Shown here: piece after piece, positions 38,201 to 50,800 of the stretch
How positions within the stretch are numbered: position 1 is the stretch's first letter
Layout: every line of letters begins with the position of its first letter
Source of the DNA: a virus
Lineage: Duplodnaviria > Caudoviricetes
Reading direction: 5' to 3' (one strand)
Virus record (IMG/VR): IMGVR_UViG_3300021963_003887
Location: 1 to 64,000 of that record
Length of the DNA stretch: 64,000 nucleotides
Made by a program: the position numbers and the translations under genes
Notes under the pieces: model-generated
What the model was told of the DNA's origin: nothing
What the model saw: only the letters and a program-made list of their open reading frames with translations
Database searches by the model: none

Positions 38201-38800
38201 ATTGATCCTAGCGTTAGCAATATTATTGACATATATCTTTTAACCAGGTCCTATGATGACAACTATCGATTATGGCTCACTGGCGGATTATCAACTAAAC
38301 CCGCAGAGCCTACTTCCGAAAGTTTAAGCATACAATTTGGATCTACACTTGGACCAATTAAATCTATCAGCGATGAAATAGTTTATCATCCTGTAAAATA
38401 TTTTCCTTTATTTGGGGACAAGGCAAGCCCAGAATTTCAGGCAATTTTTAAAGTTGTAAAAAATCCTAACAGAGTTATAAATGATAACGACCTCAAAGTA
38501 AGAATAATTAATAGTATCAATGAATTTTTTGATGTAGGCAATTGGGATTTTGGCGATAGATTTTTTGCTAGCGAATTAATCACTTATATTGTTTCTAACA
38601 ATTCTCCTAATATTAGTAATATTGCGTTAGTGCCTAAGCAGGAAAATCAAGCGTATGGAAGTTTGTCAGAAATAAGAGCCCAGCCAGATGAAATTCTAGT
38701 AAGTGCTGCTACAGTAGATAGTATTGAAATATTGTATAATATTACAGCTACAGAATTAAATCTTTTGAATAGTCAGGTTGTAACTAGGACAGCAAAATAA
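35288..38800 (+). CDS. gp6: Baseplate wedge protein (gp6-like)
   Basis: YDFENLR...F.DF.ESS...LID..A, ENF..LA.R.ESV..LA..L.Y, F.DG.YG, E.IDSIR..AP..Y.TQNRMIT.EDY; follows gp25. Confidence 0.85.
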   Translation: MTTTTRQNNLILAEDWTRIYQTFRNADFQSYDFENLRRVMINYIKENYPEDFNDFIESSEYVALIDLIAFLGQSLAFRIDLNSRENFIELADRKESVLRLARMLSYNARRNKSASGLLKFESVSTTEGLVDSNGTNLSNQIIVWNDPANSNWYEQFISILNAAMIPNVEFGKEQSNKIIDGIRTEQYRLNSFSTGLPIFSFSKSVAGRSMGFELVSTGLAESRDFIFEEAPVPSRQVGFIYRQDGKGTASNNTGFFMMFKQGTLESADFSISRPTPNEIVSITTQNINNDDVWLYSIDGSSNITNVWTEVSSVAGNNIVFNSLSNNQRNVYSVITQANDAVDLQFSDGAYGKLPQGTFRFYYRVSNGQSYVVNPSEMKAITISVPYINKRGTQHSLSITLSLEYTVDNASSSETIDSIRSKAPAVYYTQNRMITGEDYNIAPLSSSQEVIKVKAINRTSSGISRNFDIIDASGKYSKINIFADDGLIYRKDEERYYSFKYTNSATVLNFIRNIVQPALSSFQTYNFYLTNFDKIFTADVNVKWIKSTTEENASTGYFGNVFDSFPIKIGSYTSSNLKYIELGSLIKFIPPSADKAFYNGEIVNYDPSNANHKKFIWTKVVKLIGDGTNAGKGNLSSGKGPITYSENIPTGSLPSQVVSKFVTTLPTDIENEILNLTFSSETFGLRYDVLDGMWKVISSTNIDLENDFNLGQAGNTSNEAVDTSWIVAFVYDGDEYRVRVRGTEYIFSSILQNRFYFDRGEKVYDSRARTVIKDQVKVLAINTSPLSSVLSNTEIANAIVNLRQVNPLFSVSEVLAIVDRQQTLKDDISFEIADSVRFQDGYKSSDSVKISFYDSDNDGVIDNPDSFDEIVGSNINNKYVFFQQVQDENGFDIFNYIPNVNNKFIIIDKEVNANVNDYEHNQLIYFYDRAENLIKKVDLITRSFVLEPSYVGYIGRDNLKFQYIHNASENRRIDPSVSNIIDIYLLTRSYDDNYRLWLTGGLSTKPAEPTSESLSIQFGSTLGPIKSISDEIVYHPVKYFPLFGDKASPEFQAIFKVVKNPNRVINDNDLKVRIINSINEFFDVGNWDFGDRFFASELITYIVSNNSPNISNIALVPKQENQAYGSLSEIRAQPDEILVSAATVDSIEILYNITATELNLLNSQVVTRTAK

Positions 38801-41800
38801 TGTCAAATAAAATTTTCAAAAAAAGTGAACTACCAGTAAGAAGAACCGTTGATCTACTTCCTGATGCTTTTAAAACAAGTACCAATGATAAGTTTCTTTC
38901 AACTACGCTAGATGCGTTAGTCCAACCCGGTACTTTAGAAAGATTGTCGGGATTTGTTGGTCGTCGTTATGGAAAAACATTTAATTCTCAAGACATTTAT
39001 GTTGATGTAGAAAAATCTTTAAGATCATCTTATCAACTAGAACCTGCGGTAGTAATAGAAAGCGGTCAGAAAGTAAAGAAAGTATATGACTATGTTGATT
39101 TAAAAAATCAATTAAAATTTTTTAATAACTTATCTGAAAGAGACGATTTAGCAACTTATCAAGAACAATATAGTTGGAACCCCCCTATCGATTGGGACAA
39201 GTTTATAAACTATAGAGAATATTATTGGTTGCCAGTCGGGCCAGAAACAGTCTCAGTAGCCGGTCAAGCAGAAAATGTTATATCTAGTTATCGTGTACGT
39301 TCAGACGGCCAGAACGAATGGTTGTTCTATCCAGACGGATTAAAAAGAAATCCTCAACTTACTCTTTACAGAGGCCAAACATATATTTTTGATGTTAATA
39401 GTCCCGGTGATCCGTTTGTTATTAGATCCGGAAATCTTAAAGGTAATCAAGAAAATTATAATAAAGGTGTAACTAATAACGGAATTGAAGTTGGTACTAT
39501 AACATTCGAAGTTCCGTTAGATGCTCCAGAATTATTATATTATCAAAGCGAAAATAATATTAATCGTATTGGCAGTTTTGTAATTGCGTCTGTTTTAGAA
39601 AATTCTTTTATAGACGTTGAAAAAGAAATTCTTGGTAAGGTAAATTACACAAGTTCTAATAATATAAAATTTACCAATGGATTAAAAGTACAATTCGTAG
39701 GTAAAGTACAGCCTGCTATCTACAATGATAGTTTATGGCTAGTAGAAGGAGTTGGCGAATCTATTAAATTAGTAAATTTTGCCGAATTAGAAATTCCTCC
39801 TATTATATCCAATGAGATAGAAATTACTTTTGATGATGGCGGATTCGATACTTTGCCTTTCGACGATGCTTCGTCATACCCTACACAAAAAGATTATATT
39901 ACTATTAATAGAAGTAGTAAAGATAAAAATCCGTGGACACGTTATAATAGATGGTTCCACAGAGATGTTATAGAATATGCTGCTAATATAAACGGAGTAC
40001 CGCCGTCGTTAACAGAAACTGGCAGAGCCAAGCGTCCTATAATAGAATTCCTTCCAAATATTCAATTGTTTAATCATGGGTCAACGCCTAAGAAAACAGT
40101 TGATTTGGTAGACGATTTTACTAAAGATGTATTTTCAACTATAGAAGGATCTGCCGGTTATAATATTGACGGGCAATCAGTTGAGGATGGCGATAGAATT
40201 TTATTTTTAAATGACGCTGATCCATTTGTTAAGAATAAAATTTTTGAAGTAAAGATTATAACTGTTCAAACTAGTACAAACACTATTAATAGAACCCAAA
40301 TTAGTTTAGTTGAAACCAACGATACTGATCCTATTATAGGTGAAGCTATAATCATATCTAAGGGTAGTGTGCCAAACAAAGGTAGGATGTATCATTATGA
40401 TGGCGAACAGTGGGTACGTAGCCAAACAAAAAATTCTATAAATCAATTCCCGTTATTTGATTTGTTTGATGACGAGGGAGTTTCGTTTTCCGATAATCAA
40501 AAATACGAAACATCAACTTTTGCTGGAAGTGAACTTATTAGCTATAAAATAGGAAAAGGACCGGTAGATAAAGAATTAGGGTTCTCGTTGTCCTATTTGA
40601 ATATTAATAATTCTGGAGATATTTTATTTGAAGTTGATTTCGAAAAAGATTCATTTCTATATCAACAGTCTGGACAGACCATTAATAAATTATCAGCGTC
40701 CGGTTTTTTTAAAAATCATCAAACTGAAGAATTTTTCAACGGGTGGATTAAAACTAATCCTAATTTAAGACAACCTATCCTTGAAACTTTTGTTATAGAA
40801 AGTGATACAAGTTCATTAACATCATCGGCGTGTATTTGGTCAAACAATGCTACAGAGCATATATTATTTTATATTAATGGTAAAAAAATTAACGCAAGTT
40901 TTACCAGCACAGTTGTAGCAAATACAAGAACTTTTGTTTTTAATCAAACTTTAAAAGCAGGAGAAACTGTAACCTTAAAAATTTTTACGACTGACGAGCC
41001 AAATCTAGGTTATTATGAAATTCCTAATTCTTTAGAAAAAAATCCCCTAAATGAAAACCTAGAACAATTTACTCTAGGTCAGGCCAATGATCACTTAAAA
41101 ACTATGATTGAAGTAGACACCGGATTCCAAGGAGAATTTCCGGGAGCTAGTAATATCAGAGATATAGTGAATTATAGACAGAACGGTTCTAGATTTATGA
41201 AACGAGCTAGTTTAGGAGTATTGGCATTTCCATTATTATGTGATAAAGATATTAATCTAATAAAGTCTATTAGACACGCAGCCAACGAATACGAAAAGTT
41301 TAAAAATAATTTTATTACTCTAGCTAGCGAATTAGATTTTGATCAACGTAGTATTGTGGAATTTGTAGATAAAATTTTAGATAAGATGTCTAAATCTAAT
41401 GTTATTGATTTTCCTTTTGCTACATCGGACATGATCGGTAGTGGTGCTTATAAAGTAATTAATTATACTGTTGAAGATGAAGGCATTACAACTTTTGCTT
41501 TAAATGAAAAATTTGATTTAGATACAAATTCATCTCGTGCTGTCTACGTGTATGTTAACGATATCCAATTGTTACATGGGTTTGATTATGTATTTGATTC
41601 TACCTTTGGATTTGTAAAATTATTAGTAAATCTAAACGAAAATGACAGAATTGAGATTAGAGAATATCTAACAACGGCTTACAATTTTATTCCAGAAACA
41701 CCTACTAAATTAGGGTTGTACAAAAAATTTACTCCTAGAATTTATCTTGATGACACTCTGGTAGAACCTACAGAAGTAATACAAGGGCACGACGGCAGTA

Positions 41801-44800
41801 TTACGATTGCTTTTGGTGATTTAAGAGATGATATTATATTGGAATTAGAAAAGAGAATCTATAATAATCTTAAAATAAAATATGATACAGAAATTTTTGA
41901 TGTTGATAGATTTTTTAAAGGATATCACGGTCAAGCAATATATGATGTATCTACAATAGACGATGTTATAGAGACAGATTTTTTAAAATGGTCTAATAAT
42001 TTAGGAATTGACATTTATAAAAATGAAGTTTATCAGTCCGAAAATCCTTTTACATACACATATTTTAGAGCCACTGATAGAAACAAAAAACTTAAACTTC
42101 CTCAATATTGGAGAGGCATATACAAATTTTTATACGATACTGATAGACCTCATACATGCCCCTGGGAGATGTTAGGGTTTAGCGAAAAGCCCTTATGGTG
42201 GGAAGAAGAATATGGTCCTGCTCCTTATACCAAAGGTAACCTATTATTATGGGAAGATTTAGAACAGGGAATTATAAGACAAGGTCCAACTACGGGAGCA
42301 AACCCTAGATATGCTAAGCCGGGTTTATTAGATTACATTCCTGTAGATGATCATGGAAATTTATTATCACCGCAAGACGCTTCTGCGATTATAGATTATT
42401 CATTGAATAAAATAAATGAAGATTTTCAATTTGGAGATTACGGACCAGTTGAAAATTCTTGGAGAAGAAGTTCGCTGTACCCGTTTTCTATAATTACAGC
42501 CGCGTGTCTCCTAACTCCTTTTGAATTTATATCTACAAATTTTAATAGGAACAAAATTGTAAAAAACAAATTAGATCAATTAATTGACAAAGATACTGGA
42601 ACATTTATCGATAAGCAAACCTTAACGTCTAGTGTAGACAGTGACCCATCGGGTTTGTTTACTTACATTCAAAATTATCTAAAATTTAATGCTATAGATA
42701 TTTCGCTATTGTCAAATACAATAAGCAATTTAGACGTAAGAATATCTCATAAGATAGGCGGATTTGTTGAAAAAGCAAGACAACGATACATTTTAGATAG
42801 TAAGAGTCCGACATCTAAATCTCCAGCAGTCTTTATACCGCCAGAAGATTTTCAAATTATTTTTAATACTGGTTCTGTAGCAAAATCTATCAGCTATTCT
42901 GGGTTAGTAATAGAAAAAGTTGACGGCGGTTTTAAATTGTTTGGCTACGATAAATTAAATTCGTACTTCAGTGTATATGAACCGTACACTAGGGTTGACG
43001 ATCCGATTATATCTGTGGGCGGTATAAGCGAAAAATATGTAGATTGGGATGCTGAAAAATTTTATGGCAAAGGCTCCTTGGTACGGTATCAAGGATTATA
43101 CTATCGTTGTACAGCAAATCATGTTTCTGCTAATAGTTTTCAAAATGAAAATTTTACAGTATTGCCAGCATTACCGATAGTTAATGATGTTACAGCAATA
43201 AAAAGGACCACCTTTAATAAATTTTTAGTAAAGCGTATTCCATATAATGCCTTTTTCTCTACAATACAACAAGTAGTTGATGTAATATTAGGTTACAGCG
43301 AATGGTTAATAGATCAAGGAATTGTCTTTGATGATTTCAATAAAGAATTACTAGTTCCTAACGACTGGATGTTGTCAGTTCAAGAATTTATGTTCTGGAC
43401 TTCTCATAACTGGGCTGTGGGTGCGTTAATAACTTTAAGTCCGGCTGCAACATTATTAAAAATTGTCAATGCCGGTAGTGTAGCAGATAATATTTTAGAT
43501 AATTTTTACGAATATAATATTTTTAAAAATGACGGAACTAAAATACCTGCCTCTGATATCCAAGTTTACAGAGGATATAATGAATTTATTTTAACTCCGT
43601 TAGATACACAGGCTACCGGAATATATTTTGCTAAAATTAATTTTGTACAAAAAGAACATGTGGCAATCTTCAACGATAGAACTATGTTTGGAGATGTTAT
43701 ATTTGATAAAGGTCCGGGATACAGACAAGATAGAATGAAATTAGTAGGATTTAGGACTACTGATTGGGACGGAGACTACACCAGCCCGGGCTTTATATAC
43801 GATTCTGCTGACATTACTCCGTGGCAGGCATTTACAGATTACAAATTAGGAGACATTGTTCAATATAGAGAATATTATTATGTCTCTAAAGTTTCTCAAT
43901 CTGGATCTAACGATTTCAATTTTAACGATTGGGAAAGATTAGATTCGATTCCTACACCTAGTTTAGTTGCTAATATTGATTATAAGATTAATCAAATTGA
44001 AGATTATTATGAATTAGGTTATCAAGGAATTGATGATACTGAAAAAGAATTAGCTAGACATTCTATTGGATATCAAAAACGTGGATATCTAGACGAATTA
44101 GCTCAGGACGAAGTTACGCAGTTTAGAATTTATCAAGGATTTATTAGGGAAAAGGGAACAAAAAATTCTATTACTAAAATTTTTGATAAGCTAAGTTCTT
44201 TAGATCAAGATGCTATTGAAATGAATGAAGAGTGGGCATTCTTAATGGGAACATTCGGGGGCTCATCTCAATTTAAAGAATTGGAATTATTATTAAATCA
44301 AAAGGATATAAGATTAAATCCTCAGCCTGTTATCATCGATAGTAGAGGGTTATCAAAATCAAATTATCAAAATTATATTTTAATAGGATCTAATGATTTT
44401 ACTATCGGTGGTCCAGAATATATTTTTCCAACAAAATCTTATCCTGTGACCGAATCATCGGCAGGTTATGTATATTCTGGCGATGTAGATTTTGTAGTAA
44501 AAACTAGAACTAACTTATATGCTTTAGATATAACTGAATTAAAAGACGGTTCTAAGGTGTGGGTGACTTTTGATAGTCCGGGCTGGTCTGTATTGAGATA
44601 TACAATTACAGATATTATTATAGGAGCAGTGGCAGTAGTTGATACTACGTCAGTTACTTTAGAATGTAATAAACCACACGGATTAAAAGTGGATGATATT
44701 ATAGGAATTAATAATATCAAATACTTGGAAGGTTTTTGGAGAGTTAAAGCGGTTGATCCTAATACGATAATCATTGAAATAGCCGGCTTTGATGAGGAAC

Positions 44801-47800
44801 CAGTTATTGATCAAAGTTCTTTTGCTACAATATCTATTTTTGAAACCTTACGTGTAGGTCAATACAGCGACTTAATTTCTGACAGATTCGCAGCTTATAA
44901 AGAAGGAACCAGAGTTTGGTTAGATGACAATGGAGAAGGCAAGTGGGAAGTCTTAGAAAAGAAAAGAATTTATAAACCTGTTGATGTAGCCAATTATGGT
45001 GTGGCATTCCCTACCGGTTCGGGAAAAGATGTTTTATTTTTAGAAGCAAGAAATCAAATTATTTCGTCAAATCCTGGTCAGGTAGTGCCTGCTGGAGAAG
45101 TGATTAGAGAATCAGCAGTGGTTGTCTACGGCCAGAGCGAGGAAGGATTAATTCCTTTACAGATATTAAATCCTAATTCAAATTTAAGATCAATATTTTT
45201 AGGATCCTACGGAGAAGTATTAGCGACAAGTAAAGATGGACGATGGCTAATGGTAGGGTCTCCTACTGTTTCTTATATTCCCAGCAATTATAAAGAAGTC
45301 TTTAGTCCTAGTGCAACATACAATCCGGGCGACACTGTGTTATTTGCTGGTAAATTGTACCAAGCACAGACTACAGTTGTAGGCGATGGGTCAACAATTA
45401 ACATAGATAGTCAAGATTGGAAACCGGCCACAGAACATCTTGCTAACCCCTTAGGTATAGGATTGTATGATGTTAATCAAGGATATAGACAGCAAGGTGC
45501 TTTAGAGATATTTGAGTACGATGAAATTTTTAGCCAATATCAATTAAGGCATACGATAATAAGCCCACGTCCAGCACACGGAGAAAAATTTTCGTCTACA
45601 ATTAGTTTATCGAAAAGAGAAGGCATAGAAGGAACCAGCGGAGACGTAACCTTAACAGTGGCTTCTATAGACAGTGTTGGCGGAATTTTAGAAGTATCTG
45701 CCCAAGGAGAAAGCGGATTAGAAGACACTAGATTTTCAAACGTCAGCGGGTCAGATATCAGTTTGCCAGGTTCTAATGCTACATTTGATGTCCAGAAAAC
45801 CAATAATACCTATAGTGTTTTAGTAAGAACTGGCGGATCTAGATATGCTATAGGTGACAGAATAAAAATTACCGGTAGTAACTTATTAGGTCTTACTCCT
45901 TTTAATGATTTAATCATAACTGTAACAGCAGTCACGTCAACAGGGGAAATAGTTGGATCGGCAACCTACAATAATATCAAAGGTATTAATTCAATATTGC
46001 CTGACGAAGAAGCTACTTTTAGAGTAACTAAATCTGGAAACAGGTACGCGGTTACTCGTACTAGTGCTGGTAGCGGATATAGCTCAAGAAGTATCGTAAG
46101 ATACTCTGGCAGATTGTATGCTTGTATCAAAGATACTAGAATAGATCTAGGGGTGTGGAATCCTAGCCGAACATACCAACCCGGAGATGTAGTCAAATAT
46201 CCAGCTAACTCTACAGCATATTATACAGCTACTGGACTAAACACTGGGATCGTTCCTACAGATGTTTCCAAATGGGAAAACACTTTACCAATATTCCCAA
46301 CTAATCAAGAGTACTGGGAACAGGTGTCTGGTGCTGTGTTTGCCGAAACAGCAGTAGAATGGGCAGATTTAGATTTGACCGGAAATAAAATTAGATACAC
46401 AGCGGGGTCTGTCATAGTTATTCCCGGTAGCGAACTCGGCGGCGAAGACGGTGAACATAACATTACCATTCGAGTAAATTTAGTTACAACAAATTCTGCT
46501 ATTGATAATTTTTCTTATAGAGGCACTGCTTCGTCGGGAATTATTTGGTCAGGAACTGCCACTGCCGGAGAAAGACAATTTAATGATCTACAAGGCGAAG
46601 ATGTTAGCGATCCGGGCCAGGGGGCTATTTTTGATCTTGTAAGAGAGGATGGTAGATATAATGCTATAGTTAATGTAGCAGGAACAAGATATAATGTTGG
46701 AGACCAAATAAGAATTTTAGGCAGCACGTTAGGTGGTGTTGAAGAAGCTTATTATATGGTAGTAGGTGCTCCGGGATCTAAAGACGATATGGGTCGTGCC
46801 TACCTTTATAAATTTGACGGCGTAAGCTGGAAGCATCTTGACGATCCTAATTTTGTAGGAATATATTCGTCAACAAAAAATTATCCGTTAGGTTCTAAGG
46901 TATGGTATAATTCCGATTATTGGCAAGCATTGTCGAATATACCCGCTGTTCCTAATAACCAACCCGGCACCGGCAATTGGGAAAAAATTGCTGAAGTTAC
47001 TAACAGTATATTTCCTCCTTCGTTGGCCTACGCTGACGATGGATCCACTATACAACAACCAGCCACCGGCGACATAGAATTTTTGAATATTGGAAGTTCT
47101 TACGGAACGTTCTCAGCGTTCAATAAAGACGGTTCTGTAATGATAATATCAGCTCCAGCAAATGACACAGCCAGCTTTGAAAATTTTAAAGGTGTCTGGA
47201 GAAACAATATCAATTACCTAGCAGGTGATACTGTAAGACGTGGCACTTTTTATTATAACTGTCTAGCAGATAATATTAATTCTATTCCAGAATTTTCTCC
47301 ATCTATTTGGCAAGAAAATTCAGATTCTACATTAGGAAAAACTGGTTCGGTTTTTGTATACGAAAAAACTTCTAATGAAACATTTATTCTTATTCAAACA
47401 ATAGATAGCGACGAAGTTGAATTAGAAGCTGGTGATGAGTTTGGTCACAAAGTAGTATTAAATCAAGAAGGTACCCGATTATTTGTATCTGCTCCTAACT
47501 TTGATTATCTAGGCAAGGATCAAGGCAGTGTATTTGTTTTTGACAGAACCGCCTCTGGATTTGTTTTAAAACAAAAATTAAATGGCCTAATTATGGAACC
47601 TGGAGAACGATTTGGGTCTAACGTGTCTGTATCGCCAGACGGCGTAACTTTGGCTATTTCGGCAGAAGGAGCGGCAAGTTACAAGACCACTATATTTGAC
47701 AGAGGCAATACTGCGTTTGATAGATTTGTAACTAGATTTAGAGACAGTCAAGGAAAAACCGGTAAAGTCTATGTGTATACAAATTACACTGGATCTTTTG

Positions 47801-50800
47801 TATTGTCAGAAATTTTAGATCAGGGATTAAACACTGATGAAGATTTCGGTAGAGGGCTGTCTGTTTCTAATAATTCTATAATAGTAGGTAGTCCGTCGTT
47901 CATATCCGAAGATCCTGCGTTCGAAGCTGTTAGGATTGGTAGGCTTCAAAAATTTGATAAAATACCTAATTCGAAGCCTTGGTTTACTATTAAACAACAA
48001 GATGATCAAGTAAACATTGATTTGCTTAAGAATTTTTCTTTCTACGACAAATTTAATAACGTAAAACTAGCAGATGTTGATATCTTAGATCCTGCTAAAG
48101 GAAAAATCTTATCTCTAGCCGACCAGTATATTGATTTTAAAACATCATTCGATCCAGCGGTATATTCTGTTGGAACTGAAGAATCCGCTATTGATCCTAA
48201 ACAATCATGGCAGTTGGATAAAGTTGGCACAATTTGGTGGGATTTATCTGCGGTTAAGTGGGCGTTATACGAACAAAACTCTTTATCTTTTAGAAACGGA
48301 AACTGGGGCTCTACAGCAGTCGGTAGTAGCGTAGATGTTTATGAATGGGTTGAAAGCCCTTACAGTCCTAGCGAGTGGAACGCTCTTACTGGAACCACCG
48401 AAGGATTTTCGTTAGGCGTAACCGGAACGGCCCGCTATGGCGATGATACAAATTACAGTGTCAAAACTAATTTTGATACTATTACAGGATTGCCATCCGG
48501 ATCAATGTATTACTATTGGGTAAAAAATAAAACTACTGTACCTGAAGATTCAGACAGGGGTCTTAGTGCTAGTCAAATAGCCAATTACATTTTAGCTCCT
48601 TCGTCTGCTGGGATACCTTATGCTTTATTAACATCTAAAAACACATTTAGCTTAGTAAATTTCAACAGTGTAATAGACGACGATGAATTTTTAGTTAATA
48701 TACAATTTTATGATCAAGAAAAAGAAATCAATCTAATTCATAATGAGTATCAACTATTAGCTGAAGGTACGATACAAGTACCTAATTTAGAATTAGAAAA
48801 TAAATGGATCGACAGTTTGATAGGTGAGGATATCGCTGGACAAGCTGTTCCGGATAGAAAATTACCAGTAAAATTAAGATACGGCATTTCTTCTAGACCA
48901 AGACAGTCGATGTTTATAAACAGAAATAAAGCAGTTAATTTAATAATTGATTACGTTAACAATATCCTAAAGAAAAAACCATTTGCTGAGATAATAGACT
49001 ATGGCAATCTTAATTTACAAGATGAAAAACCTGCTTTAACAAAAAATCTTTATGATCAAGTATTAGAAACTGAAAAAGAATTAAGATTTATTGCTACTTC
49101 TAAAATTAAAACAGCAAAACTTAAAGCAAACATAGTAAATGGTCACATTAATACCGTGGACATTATTGATGGCGGGTACGGATACAAAACGGCTCCCAAT
49201 ATAAAAATTGTTGGCTCAGGGTCAGGTGCAAAATTTAAACCAATCCTAGATAATAGAGGATCTATAACTTCTGTAGAAGTAATAAATCAAGGAAAAAAAT
49301 ATCTAACTGCTAGCTTAATAGTCAGACCATTTTCTGTTCTCGTTTTACAAGATTCTAGTGTAAACAATTTTTGGAGCATTTATTCTCTAGATGAAAAAAA
49401 TAAAGAATTTTATAGAACAGCTACGCAATCTTTTGATACTAAAAACTTTTGGAAAAAGGTTGATTGGTGGCTAGAACCGTTTAATGAAAAATCTAAAATT
49501 AAAAAAACCATTGCCGGTCTTTATGAAGAAGCTAGTGTAGATCTAGCAATTGGTGATTTATTAAGATTAGAAAATTATGGAATTGGTGGTTGGGCCGTTC
49601 TTGAAAGGGTTGATGCTACTGATGCTGATATAAGCGGAAAATATAAATTAGTGGGAAGAAAACTAGGAACTATTCAAATTATTAACGGTTTTTATAACAC
49701 TGATTCTGAGTCTACCGGTTACGATTTAACACAGGCATTTGATAGTAACAAATATGATAGTTCAGCATCTACAGAATTTAGAAACATTTTAAACGCTGTA
49801 AAAGAAGATATTTTCAAAGAAGATTTATCTGTAGAGTGGAATAAACTTTTCTTTGTAAGTTTACGATATGTATTTTCAGAACAACTATATGTTGACTGGG
49901 CATTTAAAACTAGTTTCTTAAATGCTGTACATAACGTCGGTACTCTCGAACAAAAATTAAATTATAAAAATGATAATCTTTCTAGTTACCAATCTTATAT
50001 TGAAGAAGTAAAACCATACAGGACTAAGATTAGAAATTTTATCAGCAAATATTTTAATCTAGAAACAGCTAACCAGTTAACTACTGATTTTGATTTACCG
50101 CCTGTATGGAACTCAGAAACTTCTTCAGTGGATATTATTGGTAGCAATTCTAACCAACTATCTCAATACCCATGGAAGCTTTGGGTTGAAAATAACCATT
50201 ATTCTGTTATAGATATTAAGATAGTAAGTCCAGGAAAAAATTATTCTTCTGTGCCTCAAATTGTATTTGATGGTGGAAACGGAACAGGTGCTCAAGCTCA
50301 GGCATATATTTCAAACGGCAAAATTTCTAAAATTGTAGTTACTAATCCAGGTAGTGGTTATGTTTCTGCTCCTACCGTTATGATTGTAGGCGGCGTAGGC
50401 AGTGAAATACAAAATGCTGCTCGTGCTGTAGCTATTATTGGAGATTCAAAAGTTAGAACTTTTGATATGAAGATGAAGTTTGATAGAATTTCTAAAACTC
50501 CTAATTTTAAATCTTACAGTTTCAATGAAAAGTTTATAGAAATAGAAACGTTTAACGCTTCGGCAAAACAAACAACTTATAAATTAAAATATCCTTTATC
50601 CTTAGATAAATCTACAATCACAGTAACGTTAGACGGATCTAGATTATTGTCTAGTCAATATTCTGTAACACTAACTGAAGAATTAATTAATTCTAAAACA
50701 GAACTCATTGGAAGATTAATTCTTAATTCTGCTCCTGACGAGGGAAGTGTGGTTGATATTGAATATCAGAAAAACAATGAAATACTTGATAGTCTAAACA